Below, one piece after another: positions 52,401 to 64,000 of a stretch of DNA of 64,000 nucleotides (the first letter of the stretch is position 1; the number at the start of each line of letters is the position of its first letter). Location: positions 434,001 through 498,000 of the forward strand of contig JBODTK010000013.1 of assembly GCA_050613775.1 (NCBI GenBank), given 5' to 3'. Source of the stretch: Neocallimastix sp. 'constans'. Lineage: Eukaryota. The translations under genes and the position numbers were made by a program. The notes below the pieces were generated by a model. That model did no database searches. It was given only the letters and a program-made list of their open reading frames with translations, and had not been told where the DNA came from.

Positions 52401-54139
52401 TTATTAATTGATCTTTTGAAAGGTTTGTTCCTTAATTTTGAATTGGAACATATTTGACATTTGTGATTTGTATTTGTATTAGTATTTTTTAAATTATCTT
52501 TTATTTTAGTAATGTCGAAATGACCCAGGCGTCTATGCCAAAGATCAAAATCTTGTTTATTGTTGATATGTGTTGAATTAATTTCATTTAAATTTTCGAA
52601 ATTATTGTTCTTATGAAAAATGGATGGTGCTTTTGATAAATATATTTTAAATATATTTTTATTGTCTGCTGCTGATTGATATATTCTATTACCTTTGTCG
52701 TCATAGATGATTGCGATTTGTGAGTTTTTATAGTTATTGAAAACAATTTTATAATTTTGTGTTATTAATTGATTAATTGATATTAAATTTTTCTTGATAA
52801 ATTTAGAATAATGAACGTTCTTTAAAATAAATTTATGATTGTTTATATATGCATTGAAATCACCAATGTAGTTAGCATATGTTTCCTTTCCATTGGCAAG
52901 AGATATTTTTATTTTTTCTTTTCTGATGTTTGATAATATATTAATGTTATTTGTTACATTAATTGAGGCACCGGAATCCAGAATCCATTGTGTAATATTA
53001 TTATTGTTGCTTCTTATATCAATTTTTGTTGGCTTGTTAATCTCTAAACTGTTTAATTCAAAACAGTTGTCTGAGTTATAATCTCTTGAGAAGTCTTCTT
53101 GGTAGTTTTCATTATAATCCTTTTTATCGTTTAATAGATATGCATGACCTTCTCTTGGTTTTTCTTTGTTGAATTTTTTTGTATTACCTTTTCTTTTATG
53201 TTGTTTGTTGTTTCTTTTGTTTTTATTGAATTTGTTTTTTAAGCAGTCTTTTCGGTAGTGTCCGAACTTTCCACAAAGGTAGCATTTTCCATTTTTTCTT
53301 TTCTTGTATTTTATTTTCTTAGGTTTAGAGATTTTTCGTCCATTTTATAAACTAAATATATTCTTCGGATTTTGTTCGATTAAAGCTGTTTCCCTGATAT
53401 TGGAGAAAACAATATCTGGTATTATCCTTTTGACATAGTCGCAGCATTTTGTCCAATTATTATTGTATTGGAAAACATTAATGAATCTAATGTTTTCAGG
53501 GAGAGCTCGATTTAAAATACCGACCTTAACATTGTCAATAATATCGGAGTCTATTCTTTCCAATTCATCCAGGAGATTTTGTAAGACAGCTAAGAAAATA
53601 TGGACATCATCTTCTAAATTATATTTCAATTTATTGATTTTGTCTTTCAGGACCATTTTTCTTTGTTCAGGTCCTATGGTAAAAGACTTGTTAAGTAGTT
53701 CCCATAATTGGAAGGCCGTTTTGCTTTGACTTTCCAATATTTTCTTGGTGTTCTCACCAAGATTATTTGTTATGATCCATTTTACTAATATGTCATTTTT
53801 AATATCTTTTTCGCTTGTTCCGATTTCGTACACAAGGGAATTATCGAATTTATCAATCGTATATTTTTCAATGCTTTCTGTTATATCTCTCCTTCTTATC
53901 TTTTTCACTTTTTCATGACTTATGTAGTCATCGAGGTTATTAATACAAAGGAGATAAAGGATATTTGTTTTCCAGTTAACAAAGTTATCTGTTGTCAATT
54001 CCGTAATATGGTTAAAGTTTTCACTGTAGTTAAAAGTGAACCCCTTTTGTGTGGGTTCATATTCACTGATGTTTATTATTTGGTCTTAGGTAGAATTGAT
54101 ACTATTTCTAGAATTACTTCTTAAGTTATTTCTGCTCAT
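49430..54139 (-). pseudogene. gag-pol of copia E: single 1570-codon frame with two in-frame TAA stops
   Basis: ATG 54139; TAA at 54088-54086 and 53347-53345. I translated 53344-52364 by hand and it is open (CYLCGKFGHYRKDC, WILDSGAS, WHRRLGH) and continuous with the 977-aa IN-RT-RH ORF. Confidence 0.93.
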
Positions 54140-54932
54140 GTTAGTTTAATTCCGAAAAAAAAAAATGTTATTATGAATTATAATTGCTTATTAATTATTT
54201 TATTACTTTCTTTAAATAATTTTGAAGAGTAAAAAAAAATATAATTTGAGTTTATTTATATTTCTAAAAAGTACTATTTGAATTCATAAAATATCAATTT
54301 TGCTTTAAAAAAAAATATTGGTTATTATTTTTAGAAACATGATTTATTTCAATATTTTGTTTGGTTGATGATTTATTAAATTAATATATATAATTGGAAC
54401 GTTAAGAAAATTTTTAATTATATATGAAGTGATTAATCAGATGACATCTGTATATTTTGTTTATATTAAACATGATCAATATATTATCAATAAATTAATA
54501 TTAATAAAATTGTATTGTCGTTATTATTTTATTAATATTTTCTTTGTTATAGTATTGATCATTTGTTGATTTTAATTATGAAAAAATAGTTATTTGATTG
54601 TCATGTTTATATTTTATTATTATTGTTAGTTTATATTAAAAAATCTAACTATTGGTGAGTTGTTTATAAAAATATTTTAAATTTTTATTATGATATTTGT
54701 TTATATTAAAAGTGATTTATTTATTTTGTGATTTGACCAATTTTATATTATTATTTATTTATTGTATAACCTTTAATTTGAATTATGTTTATTTATATTT
54801 TAACTTATTGTATTTTGTAGAGTTAGTATTATTGACGTTTTATTTATTATTATTTTTATATGAATGTCTGACATTATAATTTTAAAATTAGTTTATAGAA
54901 AAGAAATTGACTTTATTATTATATTTTTTTAG

Positions 54933-55310
54933 TATTCAGCTTATATACTTTATAGCTGACCAAATTTTATTTAATTTATTATAAATTACATGGCTGACCT
55001 TTTAAATAATTTATTGATATTCAGCTCATGTCTTTGATAGCTGACTTTTTATTCAGCTTATGAATTAAATAGCTGACTTAATAATTGTGCTCAGCCTATG
55101 TATTTGATGGCTGACTTTTTATTTTTATTCAGCTTATAAATTAAATAGCTGACTTTATTAAGTTATAGTACTCAGCTTATACTTTTGATAGCTGACATCT
55201 TATCTTCTTATTCAGCTTATAGCTTAAATAGCTGACTCTATTGATTATAGTATTCAGCTTATATTTTTGATAGCTGACTCTTTTTTTTTATCTTTTATTC
55301 AGCTTATAAG
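54933..55310 (-). repeat. Array of 8 full + 2 half palindromic hairpin repeats with variable spacers in the leader of copia E
   Basis: TCAGCT-N12-AGCTGAC (+ strand) at 54936, 55021, 55053, 55091 (TCAGCC/GGCTGA), 55129, 55172, 55212 and 55254; half sites at ~54992 and 55299. Confidence 0.93.
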
Positions 55311-55617
55311 TTTTTGATTTTACTGTCAATTTCTATTTAAATTTTTAAAACTATAATTTAATTTTATTTTTGATTAATCGGCTCCTTATATTATCTTATT
55401 ATTTTAATAACTCGTATGAAATTATTTTTTAATGTTTTTGTTTAGAATTGGATATTTTGTTGAATTATTATTATTTTATATATTATTATTAATTTTATTT
55501 TATTTATTATTATTTAAAATAAATGAAAAAAAAAATAAATTAGTATGAATTTATATTTATCTGTCTTAAATAAGTATATATATTACTGTAGCTATTAATA
55601 CTTAACTTTCATTCTAT

Positions 55618-55647
55618 CTCAATCGGTTGAGATTGAGACTCTTAATC
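55618..55647 (-). promoter_or_regulatory. Primer-binding site complementary to the 5' half of tRNA-Lys(CUU)
   Basis: + strand reads CTCAATCGGTTGAGATTGAGACTCTTAATC, equivalent to tRNA nt ~11-40; 27 nt identical to the D PBS. Confidence 0.8.
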
Positions 55648-55934
55648 TGTTAATAAACACACAATTAAGAGACACACAATATTAAGATAATATTATAATT
55701 ATGTTTAAGTAAAGATGTTTTATATTCTTTATTATATATTAATACTTATTATTATAAATATATATAATTAAGTATGTATGATCGTATATATATATTAAGG
55801 TTTTTTATTGTTAAAGAGATAAAAAATAATTAGGATTATTATTTAAGCACGTTTTATAGTATTTCGAGTATTTTGTATTTGTAAAATATTGGATAATCAT
55901 AGATTAAATTTTATATTAAAATATATTTTTAACA
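55648..55934 (-). repeat. 5' LTR of copia E
   Basis: Direct repeat of 48988-49274, adjacent to the PBS. Confidence 0.96.
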
Positions 55935-56105
55935 AAAATAATATAAAGTTTAAAAAGTTTTGATCTACGAATATAATTTTCTATATAAGGTTAATTAAAA
56001 TTTTAATTAATTAAATTATAGTTGATCTAAACTTTTCCACGTGTAAAATATTCTTTATTTACTGTTCATAGTAAAAATAATAATAAAATAAAAAAAAATA
56101 AAATA

Positions 56106-56108
<3 letters not shown>

Positions 56109-56153
<45 letters not shown>
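56109..56153 (+). repeat. Poly(A) tract (~45 nt)
   Basis: Seen directly. Confidence 0.9.
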
Positions 56154-56155
<2 letters not shown>

Positions 56156-56849
56156 AAGTGATATTTTTTTTAATTCTATTTTGTTTTTTATTATTGTAAT
56201 TATAATATTATTTCGATTTTATTTTTTGAAGAAAAATTATATTATTTTTTTTTTTATTTATAGTATTATAATTTTTATTTTATTTATATTATTTTCTTTT
56301 TATATACTTAAATAAAAAAATAGCATTTTTTTTTATTATTTTTATTTGCTAATTATAAAACTTTTTATTTTTATTTTAATTTTTATTTCTTTTGATTTAT
56401 TTTTAATTTTAATTTTATTTTAATTTTTATTTTTATTTTAATTTTAATTTTAATTTTATTTTTATTTTTACTTATTTTGGATTATTCTTAATTTTATTTT
56501 TATTTTATTTCTTTATTTTTTACTTTATTCGGTTTATTTTTATTTTTATTTCCATAGATTTATTATTATTATTATTTATTTGGATTTATTTAATTATTTT
56601 TTATTTCTCTTTGTCTATTCTTATTCATATTTTTACTCTATTTTATTTCTTTTGGTTTATTATTTTCAATATCCTTATTATCAATATCTTTATTGTTACT
56701 TTTATTTCATTTTTATTATTTTTATTATAAATTTTATTATTTCTATTTTTTCCTTTTTTTTATTCTACATTAAAAATAACAGGTCCATAGATATGACGTT
56801 TACTATTAGTAAAATATAATACTTTCAATATTACGGAATTTTTTTTTAA

Positions 56850-57240
56850 AGGAAATAAAAGATTAAATAAAAATAAAAATAAACCAAAGTTAATAAAAAT
56901 AAATATAAAAAATAAAAATAAGAAATAAAAATAAGAAATAAAAATAAGAAATAAAAATAAGAAATAAAAATAAGAAATAAAAATAAGAAATAAAAATAAG
57001 AAATAAAAATAAGAAATAAAAATTAACCAAAGGAAATAAAAATAAAAATAGGAAATAAAAATAAAAATATAAATTAACCAAAGGAAATAAAAATAAAAAT
57101 AAATCAAAGAAAATAAAAATAAAAATAAAAATAAAAATAAAAAATAAAAATAAAAATAAAATAAATAATAGAAATAATAATAATAATAAAAATAATAAAA
57201 ATAAAAATAATAATAATAAAAATAATAATAATAAAAATAA

Positions 57241-57271
<31 letters not shown>

Positions 57272-57941
57272 AAAAATAAATCAAAGGAAATAAAAATAAA
57301 ACAAACGAAATAAAATTAAAAAATAATAATAATAGAAATAAAAATAAGAAATAATAATAATATAAATAAAAATAAAAAAATAATAATAGAAATAATAATA
57401 ATAATAATAAAAATAATAATAGAAATAAAATAGAAAAAAATAATAAAAATAAAAAAAAATAATAAAAACAATAAAAATAATAAAAATAAAAATAATAATA
57501 AAAATAAAATAATAATAAAAATAAAAATAATTATAAAAATAAAAATAATAATAAAAATAAAAATAAAAATAAAAATAAAAATAAATCAAAGGAAATAAAA
57601 ATAAATCAAAGGAAATAAAAATAAATCAAAGGAAATAAAAATAAAAATAAAAAAAAATAATAGAAATAAAAATAAAAAAAATAAAAAAGTTTTATAATTA
57701 GAAATAAAAATAATAATAATAATAGAAATAAAAATAAAAATAATAATAGAAATAAAAATAAAAAAATAAAAATAATAATAATAATAGAAATAAAAATAAA
57801 AAAAATAAAAATAAAAATAAAAATAAAAATAAAAATAAACGAAATAATAATAAAAAATAATAGAAATAAAAATAAAAATAAAAATAAAAAGTTTTATAAT
57901 CAGAAATAAAAATAAAAAAATAATAGAAATAAAATAAAAAA

Positions 57942-57982
<41 letters not shown>

Positions 57983-58464
57983 TAAAAATAAACAAAATGA
58001 TATAAACCAAAGGAAATAAAAATAAAAATAAAAATAGACCAAAAGAAATATAAATAAAATAAAAATAAAAGTAAAAATAAAATAGACCAAAAGAAATATA
58101 AATAAAATTAAAATAAAAGTTAAAATAAAAATATACCAAAGAAAATAAAAAAAGGAAATAAAAGGAAATAAAATAAAAATAAAGAAGTAAAAATAAAAAA
58201 GAAATAAAAATAAAGTAAAAAAAAAAAAAAAAGAAATAAAAATTAAAATAATAATAGAAATAAAAATAAAAATAAATCAAAGGAAATAAAAATAAAAATA
58301 AAACAAAAGATATAAAAATAAATATAAATATAAAAATATACCAAAAGAAATATAAATAAAAGAAATAAAAATATAAATAAATAAAAAATGAAATAAAAAT
58401 AAAGTAAAAAAAAAAAAATAAAAAGTTTTATAATTAGAAATAAAAATAAAAAAAATAATAATAA

Positions 58465-58515
<51 letters not shown>

Positions 58516-61032
58516 TTAAAATAAAAATAAAGTTTGAAATAAAAAGTTTTATAATTAAAAATAAAACATAAAAATAAAAAGCTTTATAATTAGAAATAAA
58601 AATAAAAATAAAAAGTTTTATAATTAGAAATAAAAATAAAAAAAATAAAAAAAAAAATAAACCAAATGAAATAAAAATAATATAAGTAATAAAAATAAAT
58701 CAAAGAAAGTATAAATAAAAAAAATATAAAATAAAAATAAAAATAAAAATAAGAAATAAAAATAATAATAAAAATAAAAATAAAAATAAAAATAAACCAA
58801 AGGAAATATTAATAAAATAAAAATAAAAAAAATAAAAAAAAAATAAACCAAATGAAATAAAAATAATATAAGTAATAAAAATAAATCAAAGGAAGTATAA
58901 ATAAAAAAAATATAAAATAAAAATAAAAATAAAAATAAGAAATAAGAAATAAAAATAATAATAAATATAAAAATAAAAATAAGAAATAAAAATAAGAAAT
59001 AAGAAATAAAAATAATAATAAATATAAAAATAAAAATAAACCAAAGGAAATATAAATAAAATAAATATAAAATAAAAATAAAAAAAAATAAACCAAATGA
59101 AATAAATATAATATAAGTAATAAAAATAAATCAAAGGAAGTATAAATAAAAAAAAAGAAATAAAAATAAAGTAAAAAAAAAAAAAAAAAAAAAAAAAGAA
59201 ATAAAAATTAAAATAATAATAGAAATAAATATAAAAAAAATAATAATAATAAAAATAATAATAATAATAATAAAAATTAAAATAAAAATAAAACAAAGAA
59301 AATAAAAATAAAGTTTGAAATAAAAAGTTTTATAATTAAAAATAAAATAAAAATAATATCAATGTATTAAACCCAATAAAAATAAAAATAAAAAGCTTTA
59401 TTACTAGAAATAAAAATAAAAATAAAAAGTTTTATAATTAGAAATAAAAATAAAAATAAAAAGTTTTAAAATTAGAAATAAAAATTAAAATAAAAATAAA
59501 AGTATTAGAAATAAAAATAATAATAAAAATAAAAATTTTATAATTAAAAATAAAAATAAAAATAAAAATAAACCAAACGAAATGAAAATAAAAATAAAGC
59601 AAAAGAAATAAAAATGAAAATAAACCAAAGAAAATAAATCAAAGGAAATAAAAAAAATTAAAGGAAATAAAAATAAAAATAAGAAATGAAATAAAATAAA
59701 AATAAACCAAAGGAAATAAAAAAAATCAAAGGAAATAAAAATAAAAAAAATAATAGAAATAAAATTAAAAAAAATAAAAATAAAAATAACCAAAGGAAAT
59801 AAAATAAAAATAAAAATAAAAATAATAAAAATAAAAAATAATAAAAATAAAAATAAAAATAAAAATAAAAATAAAAATAAAAATAAAAAAAAATAATAAA
59901 AAAAAAAAAAATAAAATAAAATAAAAATAAAATAATAATAATAATAATAAATATTAAAATAAAAATAAACCAAAGGAAATAAATCAAAGAAATTAAACCA
60001 AAGGAAATAAAAATAATAATAAACCAAAGATAATAAACCAAAGGAAATAAAAATAAAATTAAAATTAATAATAAAAATCCAAAGGAAATAAAAATAAATA
60101 TATGAATTAAAAGTAAAAATAAGAAATAAAAATAAGTAATAAAAATAAATAAAAAGAAGTATAAATAAAAAAAGAAATAAAAATATAATAATAATAGAAA
60201 TAAAAATAGAAATAAAAATAAAAAAAAATAATAGAAATAAAAATAAAAATAAAAATAAAAATAAAAATAAATCAAAGGAAATAAAAATAAGAAATAAAAA
60301 TAAAAATAAAAATAAAAATATAAAAATAAATCAAAGAAAATAAAAATAAAAATAAAAAGTTTTATAATCAGAAATAAAAAAAATAATAGAAATAAAAATA
60401 AAAAAATAATAGAAATAAAAATAAAAAAAATAATAGAAATAAAAATAAAAAAATAATAGAAATAAAAATAAAAAAAATAATAATAGAAATAAAAATAAAA
60501 AAAATAATAGAAATAAAAATAAAAAAATAATAATAGAAATAAAAATAAAAAAAAAAAATAATAAAAATAAAAATAAAACAAACAAAATGAAAATAAAAAT
60601 AAAAATAAAAAGTTTTATAATCAGAAATAAAAAAAATAATATAAATAAAAATAAAAAAAATAATAGAAATAAAAATAAAAAAATAATAATAGAAATAAAA
60701 ATAAAAAAAATAATAGAAATAAAAATAATAATAATAATAGAAATAAAAATAAAAAAATAATTATAGAAATAAAAATAAAAAAAATAATAATAATAATAAA
60801 AATAAAAATAATAATAAAAATAAAAATAAACCAAAGGAAATAAAAATAATATAAGTAATAAAAATAAATCAAAGGAAATAAAAATAAGAAATAAAAATAA
60901 GAAATAAAAATAAGAAATAAAAATAAAAATAAAAATAAAAATAAGAAATAAAAAAAAGAAATAAAAATAAAAATAAAAATAAAAATAAAAAAAAATTAAA
61001 AAAATAAAAATAAAAATAATAATAATAATAAT

Positions 61033-61095
<63 letters not shown>

Positions 61096-61461
61096 TAAAA
61101 ATAAAACAAAGGAAATAAAAATAAAACAAAGGAAATAAAAATAAAACAAAGGAAATAAAAATAAATCAAAGGAAATAAAAATAAAAATTAAAATAAAAAT
61201 AAATAATAAAATAAAAATAAGTTTAAAAATTAAAATAAAAATAAACCAAAGTAAATATAAATAAATTAAAGGAAATAAAAATAAAAATAAAAATAAAAAT
61301 AAAAATAAAATAAAAATAAAATAAACCAAATGAAATAACAATAATATAATAAAAATAAATCAAAGGAAATATAAATAAAAAAAGAAATAAAAATAAAGTA
61401 AAAAAAAAAAAAGAAATAAAAATAAAAATAATAATAGAAATAAACGAAATAATAATAAAAA

Positions 61462-61492
<31 letters not shown>

Positions 61493-61646
61493 AAAAATAA
61501 AATAAACCAAATGAAATAACAATAATATAAGTAATAAAAATAAATCAAAGGAAATATAAATAAAAAAAGAAATAAAAATAAAGTAAAAAAAAAAAAAGAA
61601 ATAAAAATAAAAATAATAATAGAAATAAACGAAATAATAATAAAAA

Positions 61647-61677
<31 letters not shown>

Positions 61678-61819
61678 AAAAATAAAATAAACCAAATGAA
61701 ATAACAATAATATAAGTAATAAAAATAAATCAAAGGAAATATAAATAAAAAAAGAAATAAAAATAAAGTAAAAAAAAAAAAAGAAATAAAAATAAAAATA
61801 ATAATAGAAATAAACGAAA

Positions 61820-61866
<47 letters not shown>

Positions 61867-63270
61867 TAAACCAAATAATAATAAAAATAATAATAAAAAT
61901 AAAAATAATAATAAAAATAATAAAAATAAAAATAAAAATAAAAATAAAATAAAAATAAAACAAAGGAAATAAAAATAAACCAAAGGAAATAAAAATAAAA
62001 CAAAGGAAATAAAAATAAAACAAAGGAAATAAAAATAAAACAAAGGAAATAAAAATAAACCAAAGGAAATAAAAATAAAAATAAAACAAAAGATATAAAA
62101 ATAAAATAAAAATAAAAATATACCAAAAGAAATATAAATAAAAGAAATAAAAATATAAATAAATAAAAAATGAAATAAAAATAAAGTAAAAAAAAAAAAA
62201 AAATAAAAAAAAAAAATAATAATAGAAATAAAAATAAAAAAAATAATAATAATAAAAATAATATTAATAATAATAAAAATTAAAATAAAAATAAAACAAA
62301 GAAAATAAAAATAAAGTTTGAAATAAAAAGTTTTATAATTAAAAATAAAATAAAAATATTACCAATATATTAATGATAATAAAAATAAAAAGCTTTATAA
62401 TTAGAAATAACAAAAATAACAATAAAAATAAAAAGTTTTATAATTAGAAATAAAAATAAAAATAAAAAGTTTTATAATTAGAAATAAAAATAAAAATAAA
62501 AATAGACCAAAAGAAATATAAATAAAATAAAAATAAAATAAAAATAAAAAAAATAAAAAAAAATAAACCAAATGAAATAAATATAATATAAGTAATAAAA
62601 ATAAATCAAAGGAAGTATAAATAAAAAAAGAAATAAAATAAAATAAAATAAAAAAAGAAAAAAAAATAAAAATTAAAATAATAATAGAAATAAAAATAAA
62701 AAAAAATAATAATAATAAAAATAATAATAAAAATTAAAATAAAAATAAAACAAAGAAAATAAAAATTAAGTTTGAAATAAAAAGTTTTATAATTAAAAAT
62801 AAAATAAAAATAATACCAATGTATTAAAGCCAATAAAAATAAAAAATAATAATAAAAATAAAAAGTTTTATAATTAAAAATAAAAATAAATCAAAAGACA
62901 TAAAAATAAAAATGAATCAAAGGAAATAAAAATAAAATTAAAAATAATTATAAAAATAATAATTATGATAATAATGATAATAATAATAATAAAAATTAAA
63001 ATAAAAATAAAAATAATAAAAATAAAAATAAAAGGAAATAAAAAAAAATAAAAAAAAAAATTAAAAAAAAAATAAAAATAAAAACAAAAACAAAAATGTT
63101 TATAATTAAATTTAAAATAAACCCAAAGGAAAAAAAAATAAAAAGTTTTATAATTAAATAAAAAAAAAAATGTAATAAAAAAAAATAAAAGAAATAAAAT
63201 TTAAAATAAAATATAATAATAAAAATTTGAAAAAAAAATAATAAAAAAATAATAAAAAAATAAAAAAAAA
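56850..63270. repeat. A-rich compound satellite (AAAAAT, AAT, AAA(C/T)CAAAGGAAAT, AAAGTTTTATAATTAGAAAT) with higher-order units
   Basis: 6.4 kb built from a few motifs; 13-bp, 20-bp and ~185-bp periodicities visible. Confidence 0.93.
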
Positions 63271-64000
63271 ATAAATTACTATATATTCATTATGAATTAT
63301 CATGGATTAGATTATTTATTATTTATTCTTTTAACCTTTTTAATTATTTATTAGGCTACATAATAATTTTTTTTATTAATTATATTTGATAAAATTTAAT
63401 TATTTCATATTATATTAGTTATGTCCAAATGATTATTCATAATAAAATATTATTAAATAAAGTTTAATGAAATCAAAAAAAAAATTTTAAATTAAAATTA
63501 AAATTTAAATTTAATTTAGATCATAAAACTTTAAAATTACATGTGTAAACTTTAATTAATTTAAAAAAATGGATTGTTCAACTAAGGTGGATGATCCATC
63601 AAAAAAATAATAAATATGAATAATTGTAACTATTATTATAGGCAATAAATAATTGAAAAGAAATAATAAATAATTAATAATAAAATAATTTAAAAGAAAT
63701 AACATATAATAATTGTAAATTATATATATTTTTTAATAAATATTAATTTAATTTATAAAAATTAAATAAAAATAACATCAAATATAAAAATTTAAATAGA
63801 ATATTAACTAATAAAAAATAACAATAAAATTAACTATATAATTTTCATTATATCAAATAATAATAATAATAATAATTAATTTCTATATAATAAATATATC
63901 ATATCTAATAGATAAAAAAATCAATTATAAAAATTAAAATAATAAATTAAAAAAAGAAAAAAAAATCAATAATAAAATAATTTTAAAAAATATTAAAAAA

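Larger units (their letters stand above)
48988..55934 (-). mobile_element. Full-length Ty1/copia LTR retrotransposon E with TSD
   Basis: 287-bp LTRs (55648-55934, 48988-49274) with three substitutions seen; TSD AAAAT (48983-48987, 55935-55939); PBS and PPT present. Confidence 0.97.

Noticed and set aside
54933..55310. CRISPR array (palindromic repeats with spacers; also 15421-15730)
   Set aside because: Eukaryotic retrotransposon context with no cas genes. Spacers are short, AT-rich, mutually related (identical in D), and the loops vary. Kept as a hairpin-array finding instead.
55618..55647. tRNA-Lys gene
   Set aside because: Only the D-arm/anticodon portion is present, with no T-arm or acceptor stem, and it abuts an LTR; it is a PBS.
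47558..56153. Poly(A) tracts as SINE/LINE tails
   Set aside because: No TSDs, Pol III boxes or shared upstream sequence were recognisable.
44880..62833. Many F/Y/I/L-rich ORFs in the satellite regions
   Set aside because: Translation artefacts of T-rich low-complexity DNA, open in several overlapping frames.

Overview
Extremely AT-rich eukaryotic DNA with GT-AG introns, most consistent with an anaerobic gut fungus (Neocallimastigomycota); this assignment is inferred from base composition and the scaffoldin-type gene. 1-21.3 kb is a nest of retroelements: four Ty1/copia copies (A, B, C, D), a solo LTR, a partial LTR, a Ty3/gypsy gag-protease relic and a probable LINE endonuclease relic. 23.4-43.6 kb (minus strand) holds one gene, which I reconstruct as 12 exons and about 5,284 aa: a secreted, C-terminally anchored, Cys-rich scaffoldin-like protein whose nine internal module exons are all symmetric phase 1-1. 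44.8-63.3 kb is an AT-rich satellite in two opposed orientations, with a full-length young copia element (E) inserted. The most unusual signals are in the copia leaders. (1) Three elements carry a primer-binding site complementary to the 5' half of tRNA-Lys(CUU), ending in the anticodon stem, rather than to a tRNA CCA end. (2) About 250-340 nt downstream of the LTR they carry arrays of palindromic GTCAGCTAT-N6/8-ATAAGCTGA hairpins, with variable spacers in E, conserved between families with unrelated LTRs and including one compensatory base-pair change. All coordinates and comparisons were read by eye; no database searches were run.
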